Part shown: positions 22,226 through 33,833 of the stretch, piece by piece
Position numbering within the stretch: the stretch's first letter is position 1
Layout of the letters: each line of letters starts with the position of its first letter
NCBI GenBank assembly: GCA_027923505.1
Contig: BROI01000028.1
Location: 1 to 64,000, forward strand
Reading direction: 5' to 3'
Length of the DNA stretch: 64,000 bases
DNA from: Mayamaea pseudoterrestris
Taxonomy: Eukaryota
Made by a program: the position numbers and the translations under genes
Notes under the pieces: generated by a model
Database searches by the model: none
Seen by the model: the letters and a program-made list of their open reading frames with translations, nothing else
What the model was told of the DNA's origin: nothing

Positions 22226-25050
22226 ATGGACGACTTGATCGCAGCAACGCGGACCATCGAGGCAGAAGATACGACGCGGACGCTAGCCTTGACGCTTTCG
22301 CAAGAGTTTGCTGCAGCCATTCATCCGCCGCCACAACACGAGAAGAAGGTCGACTTGAATGATATTGGCATGGAACATTCCCGCAAGATCATGAATACCA
22401 CCATGCAGGAGAATGATGAAAATCAAATGCAACGACATATTTCCTTCTGTCGTCAAGGAACGCCCTTTCGAGTCCATCCTCGATCAAACCAAGGAATGCA
22501 GAAACAGCTCCAGCAGGCCGAGCAGCAACAGCAGCCAAACGGAGGATTGCGCATCACAGCTCCAGCTCGACTTTTTACCATACAGCAGAACCAATATATG
22601 AATGACGAAACGAGCCTGACGCCTCCAAAATACGGCTATTCGTACTCGGATCGAGCCCTCGCTGCGCAGGAACGACGAATGCTGCGTCGACAAATGCATG
22701 CGCGCGAGGAAGCCACCTTCTACGATGCACAGCAAGCAGCAAAGGAATTCCAGCAGTATCGAGAAATCGCAACGCAAAGCAATACTGCTGCTCGCATTCG
22801 CGCGTATCGATCGCTTTGTGGCTACGAAGAGTCTGCTGGACGAGCAAGTGTCGCGTCTGCTCCTCTATCAAATGCACCGCCGCGAAAGGGATGGTACGTC
22901 ACTGGATTATTGCCAGTACTTGCACTAACTTTACGATCCATTCTCACTCTATAAATTTTTTGACTCATTGACAGCCTCATTCGCAATAGTACTGCGACTC
23001 TTCCGTCCTCTCCATCGGTTATAAGGCCTGCCTTGGAAAATGCTGTCAACGTTTCCATTTCAAGCGACAATTTGCAGGCGCCAACAACAGTGGATGGATA
23101 CAGTACGCCGACATCATCGCCAGACCAGCCGAGTAACGCGAGCAATAGCAAAATTAAGCGATCCATCGATGACCTCGCGCTAGCGGCCGCCACCTTTTCC
23201 AAGCGCCGTGTGCGATTTGCACCACTCTCAGCAGCCGAGTTTGACGCTGATGCACCAGCGCATACATTGACGCCATTGCCTCCCAAGCAAGCTGCTCAAC
23301 TGGAACTCCAAATTAACAGTCGCAAACACTTGGCTGAGGAAGCGCAAAAGGTTGTCCAGCAACAGCGGCAGCTGGCGTTTGATCCAGATCTCCATCAAAC
23401 TACCTTGGAGAATGCAGCCATCCTGAGTCCATGGGAAGGGTTTGATCACGACGACGACAACTGGCAGCACGCCAAGCGACAAAAACGACGTAGCTCGGGT
23501 CAATTTGCGCCGTCGCCAGGTGGTCAATCGCTACTAGACGATGACAACAGTGACGAGGAGGAGGACGTCTACGATAGTGACGACGAAATGAATCAAGTCA
23601 CTTGCGGCTTGACTGAGCATACGGCATACTGCAGTAGCGAAAACCAATTTGATTTTGTCAGTCATAATGATTCGCTATCACTGGATGCTCACCAGGCGCA
23701 CATGTCAATGGGGTTTGCAACACATTTACCGCTTGGTCAAACGGTGCGTTACAACATGCATCGCAATAAACTTTTTTGGTACATCCATCTCACTTGATAC
23801 TCCCTTTTTGCCACATACAGCCCTCAGTCGCATGGCGCTCCCTCCTCACTGATCCAGGAAATATGGAAGTCTTCGATATGCCAGACATGGACGTTTGGAA
23901 TGACCTTGCGCTGCTCGCCAGCCATTTGCAGCCACCCCACGACCAAGACTCCTGGGTGTCGAGCTTTGCTGAACATTCGCCGATCTTACGAGTCTGGGAG
24001 CTCAGCCTCCAAGCCGTTCTTGCCAGCTCAACGCAGAAAGACCACGCGATGTCGCCATCGGACAAGTTTCGCCTTGACACTGAGTTTGCCATGGAAGAAC
24101 CATGTTTTCAGGAATCATGCGTTAAATCCGCAGAGCTGAATTGGGAAATGTGTGAAATGCAGGCACTAGAGCTTTTGGTTACAAATCTTCGAGCGGAAAA
24201 GGAGGAGCTGAACAGGACGTTGGTCAGACTGGATAAGCTCGAAACGTTGACGGAACAATGCATGTCCATGTTGCCATGTGAGCTTCGTTGCCAGTTGCTT
24301 GATGTTCGCACCAAGCGAGTCGAGGCGCTGGAGCAGGCCCTTGCTAATGAGGATGAGCGAGGTCACATGCTCGCGAGCCACTTGCACGCCATGCATGCCT
24401 TTCTCACCACATACCAGTTCTCTCTTGGTGCCAAGGCCACCATGATGCTGGCTCCCTGTGAAGTCGGTGAAGATGAGACTGGCGATATTATTTACTTTTC
24501 CAGCCCCATCCAAAACTTGTACATTCGTCTGTACCGAACCTTCGACGAGCAAAATTATCGCATCCAAGCTATTGACAATAATCGTGACGACGATACGAGA
24601 CAGTACGACATCGACTGCAAGCACAAGGTAGCTGACTTTTATCGATGGAATCTGGAAGCAATCATAGCCGTCGCTCAAGATCGCGACTACTGCGACGGCG
24701 ATAATGTATTGGAACTGGCCACGACCATCAATCGTCTTCGACTGGCAACACTCGACTTGATGTGTGTATATCATTACTACGCAGTGGCAATTCTCCATCC
24801 CGAACATAGTTGGCTTGTCATCGTCGACATAGAATTGCCGAACAGGCGCCGTTTGCATGTATTCTACGACATGAATACGACTCGGTGTTTGACGTGGTGT
24901 CTCCCAAGTTTAGTGCAAGTGATCCAGAGCGATGGTTTAGCCATGTTGGAACCGCCACCGATGGCCTTATACGCCATGAACGTTACTGGCGTAATCGCAT
25001 GTCGATTTATTCTCGCCCAGCTGTGTCATGCGTTTAGCGCCGAAGCCTAG
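22226..25050 (+). CDS. Hypothetical protein, probably 3 exons
   Basis: Three consecutive + strand ORFs bridged by plausible introns (GTACGT ~22894 to GACAG ~22974; GTGCGT ~23744 to TACAG 23820). Confidence 0.6.
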
Positions 25051-26251
25051 CGTCACTTCAATCTTGGTTGAGTTTTGGTGGCTTGCTTTTGATAGATACA
25101 CGGACACGATGAAGTAAAAGAATATATTGGCAAATCACACTTATATAACTATCCTTGCCACTCTTGCGGAAAGTGTCTAACATAGAACTTTTACCTACGG
25201 ATTGGCCAAGGAAACTACGTTGCAGCAGCTTTAATACAAGTGTAGCCATATATGACGGACAAGATACATGTGCCATATCTTCCGCAGTAGCGTGTCGCAT
25301 GCCCAGTGCATCGTCTACTACCCGGACTAGCCGACACCTATTGCACCGAGCCTTTATTTAATTTGGCCGACCAAAGCCTTCGGTCAGAATGGTCAATCCG
25401 ACGGTCCATCATCGCGTTGAATGTAATGTACCGAATCAACCACATGGTTTGATTGTCATGTTCGTACTCGTACCGCATTTGGCGATTGCTTCATAAGATG
25501 TATCAAAACCACCAGCCTACGTATCGCGACAGAGTAATACCAACACAAGCACTCCGGGTGAATAAGATGAGACAGTACCTCAATGCTCACTACTTCGTCT
25601 GTACAAAAGCCTTGTACTGAGCCGCTGCCATTTGCCGGAATCGTGAACACTCTGGCGTAGTCAAAGTTGAAGCAATCGGTAAGCGCTATGCTGTGTTCGC
25701 CCCTGCAGCAAGGTGAATGAGCGATTGGCGATTGAACGATCGTTTAGATACTTGGTGATTGGTGATGCGATGTGCGTCACTAATAAGCAAGTCCCTCGTC
25801 GTCGGGCGCCTCCTTGGCTCCAAACAAACTAGAGCATCTCAAGAAGCTGTGAATGTTCTCGAAAGCTCCAGACTGGTCGGAGTGAAGAATACATTATGGA
25901 CACTCTCATCCTCCTTCATCGGTTCGTGCTGCTGCTTTCTTGAGCGCTTGTCGGCTTGCTGCTTTCACGCATCTGAATTCATTAACGAACACGAACGGCT
26001 CCTGAATCCAAAATTTCTCAATTGATCATTTCCTTGCAGTTTGCGGGCAGATTTAACAATGGCCAAGCACTCATCCTGTCTAGTGAAGAAGAAAGGTGAC
26101 GGATGAAACATGGAATCGGATCATGGTGTGGTTGGACGCGTTGACGCCGCGAAAGGTGCGTGACATCAGTGAACCTCTAACCGTAAGTCTTTTCGTGACA
26201 TTTTTGAAGTCACAAGATCGCGAGGACTCCGCGTGATGCCAACATTCCACC

Positions 26252-27629
26252 ATGATGAAGATCCTTTCCACTGTACTCGTCGTAATTCTAGTAAAGGCAT
26301 CAGCCTTTGCACCTGTGACAAGCAGTAATGGACCAAAGGCTCTACTAACGCTGCATGCTGAGAAGCAGTCGTCATTTTCTGAGTCATGCAACGCTGCAAT
26401 GACCTCCGCTTTTGCAACACTGCTCGGATGGTCGCTTGCTGGACAAGTTGCGTCGGCAAGTCTTTTGGCAGTGAATATGGAACAACAGCAACAGCAACAG
26501 CAAGGTATGAAATGATACTCTCTTGCGTCAATTGATCCAACTATTCCATTTAATCTCTTCTCGACGGCCTCATTCTTTCATTTTCATCGCAGTCACATTC
26601 CTTCCAGCAACATCCATTAACCTTGCCGATAAGATTGTCGAAATGGACTTTTCACTTCCTTCATACTCGGAGTCTGTCAAGGGGTCTGATATCTCGCAAA
26701 GTAAGATTGGAGTTCCGCGGTTCAATCCCTTCGGAGACTTTGAGCCGTCGAAAATCGCCGAGCAAGATTCAAGCAACAGCAAGCAACAACCATTTGCTAC
26801 TGCACCAGCTGTCGTTGACGACGTCAAACCTACCATTGATAAGAGAGCAGCTGCAGCAGCAGAAAAGGCGGCTGCCGAAGCTAAGAAGATTGAGGAAAAG
26901 GCTGCGGCCGATATTAAGCGAGCCGAAAAGGAGGCGAGACTAAAGGTGGAGCGCGAAAAGCAAAGGGCGGCAGCGGAACGATCCAAACAGGAGGAATCTT
27001 CCACTCCAGCAGCATCATCTTTCAAAGCTCCCGATTTTAGTGACTTAAAAATGCCTGATACCAGTGGGCTCAAAATGCCCGACACGAGTAGTTTCAAGGC
27101 GCCCGACATGCCCAAGTTTGACTTGTCGGGTACGAGTAGCTTCAAAGCTCCAGCAATGCCCAAATTCGGCATGCCCGACACTGGCAACTTTAAGGCTCCC
27201 GCAATGCCAAAGTTGGAGATGCCAGATACGAGCAGCTTTAAAGCACCATCCATGCCAAAGTTCGATATGCCCAACTTCGAATTGCCGAAGAACGATTACA
27301 TTGACATGGATCAACTTCCTAAATTTGACGCACCAAAGATTAGCATGCCATCCAACTTGCCGTCATTTCCATCCTTTGGTGGATCACCGAGAAGCGATGA
27401 TGTCGTTCTTGATTCGCAGGACGCTCGTGACGGACGCGCCAAGGATGCGCGGCAAGTTTACCTTCAGTTCGACGCCAGCGCCAAGGAAATTGAGGCGCAA
27501 GCAAGAGAGGCTCGCAACTTGGCCAAGGAAAAGCAAAAGATGGCAAATGCTGCCAAGGATGAAGCCTGTCAGACCCGGCCGGGCGGCAAGTTTATCTGTC
27601 TGCGCAATCCATTCAATGTTGGCTACTAA
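26252..27629 (+). CDS. Plastid-targeted protein with Ala/Lys/Glu coiled coil and KAPxMP repeats (intron 26505-26592)
   Basis: Signal peptide ending ASA-FAP (diatom bipartite plastid targeting); in-frame GTATGA...GCAG intron; repeats of FKAP(D/A)MPKFxMPDTS; C-terminal CQTRPGGKFIC. Confidence 0.85.
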
Positions 27630-28756
27630 GATGTTGTAGAAACACCAACTTTTTGCGAATGAAGGTGCAAGCTATTCAAATGGCCATGATACGCTATAAC
27701 CATAAATTGTTGCTAGCTACCAGAGATTGTACCAAAATACAGTATGATTTAAAAGCACGTACATGTAACAAGTACGCACTAGAGTTCCACGACTGCCAAG
27801 GTTGAACAGCGTGAGCGGCAAGTCCAACATATCGACAGAGCTATAAACTTTGTAGCAGGCAATATCAGGTGTGAATGACGTCTCAACATGCATGTGAAAT
27901 ATGATGGCGCCAGTCGCCGCATGCCATGTCAATTTTCATGATCAAGACTCACAGATACCTCTTTCGGCTGCCGACATCTAAATCCTGCTGTATCTCGAGC
28001 TTTGTCGTCCGTCAAGTGTTTCAATATTGACCTTCTTGTCATTCTGTTCTAGCTTCAAGCCGAGCCGTCAGTAGAGGCACGAATGGCATTGTTGCTCTCG
28101 CCAAGTATAATCAACATAAACGTGCAGTCCATCACCAATACACCAGCGTTTGTAGACGTCGCCGTCCTCTGTTTCATCGTGTCGCGATTCGGCCGGTCGT
28201 TTGTACAATTCAATCGGAATGGACTGATCCAGCATCAAGTCTGTTGAAGCATGCATCCACCAAGGACGCCAATTTCGGCTGGAAAGATTTCCGCGCCAAG
28301 GGCCATCGAGTTGGACAAGGACGGCTCGTCGTCCGACAAAGAATGCTGTATAGAAGATTCTAGCTCGTCCATGATACTTGGTCGCTCAAGCTTCAAAATT
28401 CAATGGGAAGTAGCTCTTGCAGTGAGTCTACAATGATAGGCATGCGAGCGTCCCAAATGAAGGTGAGTGCCTTGACTGTCGTACTAGCACAAGTAATTGC
28501 ACGCTTGATGTACATATATACTTGGCCTCCTCCTCACCCGACGTGACGGCTCCGACGAACCACTTGCGCTGGAATCCAAGCTGCTCCAGCTTATCGAGGG
28601 CCTACGGTAGCTATTGCCTCATCGAAACAAAATAATGTTGACACAGCGCCAAACTGATCCAGGATCAAGGCGAGCGTCATACTACTTGGCGCAGTTGCTT
28701 GGTCGGCAAGGATTGGATCCGATCGTGCCAAAAGTTGCATGAGTACTATTTAACCG

Positions 28757-28991
28757 ATAGTGCCATTAACTTTGATTTTCAACGGCTATCATGGAACACT
28801 CTGGAGCACAGAGCCAAAAACTTTGATTTTCAACGGCTACAAATAGTACACTCCGGACGACATTGCCAAAAACTTTGATTTTCAACGGCTATCATGGTAC
28901 ACTCTGGAGGATAGTGCCAAAAACTTTGATTTTCAACGGCTGTCAATGGTACACTCCGGAGCACAGTGCAATAACTTTGATTTTCAACGGC
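28757..28991 (+). repeat. Five-copy 51-52-bp tandem array with invariant core AACTTTGATTTTCAACGGC
   Basis: CTTTGATTTTCAACGGC at 28770, 28821, 28873, 28924, 28975. Confidence 0.95.
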
Positions 28992-30260
28992 CGTCAGTCG
29001 CGCCACGGAACAAAGCTTGCGCTTTATCCATGGAACGAATGTGCACCACGGAACGAAAAGCATCAAGCTAACGACTATCCAAACAATACATACAACAAAG
29101 AGCTATATAGATTATCCCCTCACAGGTCAGGGTTGCTGGTGCAATCTGCAGCACGACTGCATGCGACATAGCGATGCAGCAACCAGTGACAACGCTGGAA
29201 AGGCTTGCTGCCATGCCTCGACGATGCAGCTGCAGCAACCAGTGATGCTAGCGGGCTAGCTGAAAACCTTGCCGACCGGCAGCAGCACGAACAACTTGAG
29301 ACGCTGGCGGAGCTGCCAAGGATCATCTGTGTGAAACGTGCAACGAAGCAGTGCGATTGGCAAGGAGGACAGAAAGGGCACGAGCAGCAACAGGCACGAC
29401 GTATCGTCAAAACGTCCATCGGAAGAACCTCACTGCAATGGCACGCAAGGCACCGGTGAATGCAAGGAACAATTCTGTGAATGAAGAACATGTCATCCAT
29501 GCCAGTACACAAGCACGCCATCATGTAAGCGGCACCTGGTCCTGCCATTTCAAGTGGTCCATTTGGCTGGCGCTTGCTTTGAAACGAATTGGTCGGCTTG
29601 GTGAATCCGCAAGAATGGAACGATACAGTCTTTATGGACCGTAGCTTTTGCCCAATTCCATGCAAATGAATGTAATTAGCAGCGCTCGAGCAAGCGTATC
29701 AGGAAGATTCGTTCCAAGATTTCAAACTGCAAGGGCGACCGTCTTTGGCCTGCGCAAGCGCTTATTGATGGATTTCAATCGTTCTTCCACGCGAAACCAT
29801 CCTTTATAAGTTATTGAAGCGATGTGTAATGGCATGTATTCATTAGCAAGAGTGGGAATAGCGCATTAAAGTGCGGCTGCAACTGACGTCGAGGAAGACA
29901 CGAATGCAATTCCAAAGAAAAGATGATGCGGCGGAACCGGTACGCCTCGTATGATAAAACCAATCAAACCAATACCGTAGATGCCGCTTGACTTGTTTAA
30001 TAAGCTTTAAAAGGCAAAAGGGATGATTTATGGTGGGTGGTGAGTCTTGTTAAAATCGCGCTATGACGCAGAAGGAACGAAAATCCAAGAGGTGTCTACG
30101 ATTAATGCTAGCAGCCCACCTCCCTGGCCCCTTCAATCAAATTCAATTGCATAAAGATACTATATTTAAATCAATCAAAAGATTAATTCATAGTATTTAG
30201 ATTTCGTGCAAAAGTACTCTTCTGGGACCGTCATTCGTTGACGTCGTCTCAATCGTTTGC

Positions 30261-33200
30261 CTACCGCAAAAACAGCAAGAACTGCTCCGGAAGAATGCGC
30301 TGCATTGGGTCGGGGTGCAGAAGACACATGAATGCATGAATTGCAGCTTTCTCCGACGCAAACGCCGAACAGCTGCGGAGACCCGCCCATTCGCTACCAC
30401 CATCCAGCGCGTACTTCGCAATATGGTCTCGAAAGACACCATTCGACATCAGTTTAATGTCAAGAGACTGAAGGCCCGGACACATCTCCATGATAACCTT
30501 CACAACCCATTGGTTCTTAGTGTGCGTCATCACGATGTGCTCCCACAAGCCCTGAGACATGCGCAGACGCTGGTCCGAGCAATCAGGACTGCCATATCCC
30601 ATGGCATGAACATTCGAGGCATGCATGAACAATTGGTGAAATTCATCAGGACAAGGAGCAGAACAGTTCTTTCCGTCGGTCCAGTTATCAAAACCCTTGT
30701 TTGCAACCAACGAGAAGAATCGAGCCAAAGCAAACGTGTCGTCGTTGCGACCGTCCAGAGGACCCTTGATCCCTAAAAGTTGATGAACGGAGTTGATTTC
30801 AGGCGATGAAGGTCCTCGAGTCGGCAACATGAGACAAGGAATGGAGCGTTTCATGTCAATAAGCAAGAACTGGTCGTCCGATTTAGGCTGCTCAAATTTC
30901 ATGCGCCCATTAATACCCATCTGCAGCCGACGTTTTCCGTCCGTCTCCTTGACGACAACCATGTTACTCGCCTTGAGGTTAAAATGAGTAATATTTACGG
31001 CTCCGTTCAATAATGTCAACGAGCGACAAACACTTTTGGCCATGTTGCGAAAACACTCTGCCGCATTCTTGTCATTCATTGTCTGCAGCTTTTTGACCCA
31101 CTGATCCGCTGGCGTCCCATACTGCGTCAGCCAAAGAATTTTCTTCTTCGTCGTCCTGACACAATGCAAGAGAACGCAAGTGCTGAGAGAGCCAACGTTA
31201 CATCGTCGGAAAAAAGTAGCGAAAAAAGACACGTACACCTCCTCCTCGTAAATGCCGTAAGAATAAACCTTGACAGAACACGATCCTAGGCTGCCAAGAA
31301 CCCTCTGTGGCAGCAACGAATAAACCAATTCCATGTACGAATCTTCGTCGTAGTCGCTGAAGCAAAGAAGCAGAGTTGGTTTGCGTAAGAACCAAATCCC
31401 AAACGACAGACACTAGCCTCCAAAAATTCACTCACCAAGTCGTCAAGACTAGCTGCTCTTTGGCACGGATATAAATCATTTTCGAGCCCTTGGCGTGCGC
31501 AACTTTGTCTTTGGACCATTCCTTAGCCAACTTGAAGCACTCCTTTGGCGACATGCGCCCCTCCTCCTCGACCGACTTTAGTGTTCGCTCCGTCGCCATC
31601 GCATCTAAAAGCTGATTCTTTGCCTTTTTAGTTGCTTCGTCAGATTTTGTGCCAAATAAGCTTGAGATTCGCTGTCGACTTTCCAGCAATGATGCCACAA
31701 TGAGCAATCGAGCAAGCATCTGACGGAGCTCCTCTTCTTGGACGGCATTGTCGATATCCTTGCCACTGCCGTCATTATTATCAACGTAAGAAACCTGATC
31801 GCCTACAGCTAGTTCTTCCAAGCCGGCTCGACTAAGCATTTGCGAAACCGCTCTTCGCATATCAGACATGCTCTTTTGCGCTGACCTCAGCCTCTGATGG
31901 TTACACTCGCTGCACCGGAATTGCTGCCATGTGATACTGTTCGGATCGTGCGGTTTATCCGTACATGACTTGCATGGCAAATAGTGTGACTGCTCCCGAA
32001 TGAGCATGTTCACTTCTGCACTCAATGAGCTCGTTGGAACAATAAGTTTGACGACGCCTGCATGCTTTGATGAGTATCTTGAAATTTCGTGCTGGTGAAG
32101 CGACAGTCGTTTGATCCGCAGCGGCTTCATCTCTTGGAGTAAACGCGAATGCAGATATCCAAGTAGAAAATGACTCTTCGTTGGCTTCGGAATAGACACC
32201 GCTTTCTCTTGCTTTCGTACGTCGAGAGCCGGTGCCAAGTTCCAAATTAAAGCCAGGCAATGACTATCCAAGGCAGCCCATGCAGGGCGCGACTGTTCGT
32301 CGGAAATGTACTCAGCAACCGATTCCAATAATTCCATCGGCTTCTTCATGTATGCCTCCTTCGCCTTGGCCTGGTTTCTGCTATTCGGTATCTTTGGAAA
32401 AGCAAAGCGTGGACCGACAGATCCATTGCCAACACGGTAATCATTTTCGAAGTTGTCCTTGGTATCGTCAAAATCGTCGTCCGTAACCGCGATAAAGAAC
32501 CGACAGTTAATGTATCTTTTGCGTAGCTCTTCAACGGATAGCTCTTTGACGCAATGGTCGCAATAGCAACAACCTCCGTGTCCGTCGTCGGAGTAATCAT
32601 CGTCCTCTTGGGTCGGAGGCGACGCGACACGACGAGCTGCATGCGGCGCATGATTCCGATTGGTAGCAGAGTTATCAGATCCAGGTGATGTAGGATTACC
32701 AATCATGAGGGATCTTGCGCGGTTGACTGTACTACTTCCTCCGCTTTGGCCACTGGATCCTCCAAAGTTTTCGTCCGAGTCATCATCGTCTGCCAAAGCA
32801 CGAAGAGCTGCATGCGGCGCTCGATTCTTCTTGACAATCCCAAATGATGTGCCAGCCATAACGCTTTTGACGTTAGTGATAGGGCTACTTCCTCCGCGTT
32901 GGCCACTGGATCCTCCAAAGTTTTCGTCCGAGTCTTCATCGTCTGCCAAGGCACGAAGAGCTGCATGCGGCGCTCGATTCTTCTTAATATCAATTTCGTC
33001 AATCCCAAATGATGTACCGGCCGATAGGCTTCTGACGTTAGTGATAGGACTACCGGTAGTAGCTTTTCCGCCTCGACGATTGCGCGGTGGAGGCAAATTG
33101 ATGGGTTTAAATGTTCGGCGGCGTCGGGGAAGAAAACGCTTGAAAGGCGAACCCCCTGGAGACAAATTACCATGAAGAGACGCCTGATTGGTATCCATTT

Positions 33201-33372
33201 CTTCAATACTAGACGCTGCACCAGCCATGAGAGTTGTTGCGCGTTTGATAGGACTTGCTTCTCCTCCATCTCGATCAGTGCGCGGTGGAGGCGATGAAAC
33301 ATTTCCTGCATTGCTGCGCCGTAAAACATTGCGCTTCAACGGCGAGCCGCCCGGATTTGACGCGCGATGCAT
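30261..33372 (-). CDS. Large protein with C-terminal divergent protein-kinase-like (probably pseudokinase) domain, spliced
   Basis: 646-aa ORF plus downstream ORF joined by intron ~31358-31435 (GTGAG donor) and probably ~31155-31201; kinase-like motifs VKVY, HFNLKASNMVV, LLIDMK, DDTFALA, LLHPDPMQRI. Confidence 0.65.
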
Positions 33373-33833
33373 GACTTCAATTTCGCTGCCTGTTTGATAG
33401 TTCGAATGAGGAAGATTGTAATTATAACAGCCGCGGCAATGGCTGCATTATTATTTGTGCCGTGGCTGCGGTTGCGGTGCGCGGCGGCCGCCAAGCGCGT
33501 GCAGCAGTCGTGGTGCGACATCATTGCGTCACGCAAGTTGATTCGAGCGGATCTTTCGGGCGACCCTTCGCTTGGATTGGACACGCAGCAACCAGCAACC
33601 CATTGAAAGTGGAGTCGGTATCAGTCATTCTGTTTGCTGCTCGACCAATTACTACGATAGCTGCATTACACAAGAACGCGTAGAGTGTAGAGAGGAGGAG
33701 TCGCACGGTAGAGGAGTGAAAAGGTGAGGCAGGAGCGACTCCATCGACGTGACGTTTGCAATGGTCTTGGCATTTATGTACATGCTCACTTGTATATTCA
33801 ATTCTCCATTTAGTCATTCACATAATTTAGACA

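Noticed and set aside
26570..27274. 234-aa minus-strand ORF
   Set aside because: Antisense shadow of the plastid repeat protein.
27900..28740. Possible decayed minus-strand gene
   Set aside because: Only short, stop-interrupted ORFs with no recognisable motif; cannot be supported.
28757..28991. CRISPR array interpretation of the 51-bp repeats (also 58825-59080)
   Set aside because: Spacers within each array are related to each other rather than unique, no cas genes are present, and the context is eukaryotic.
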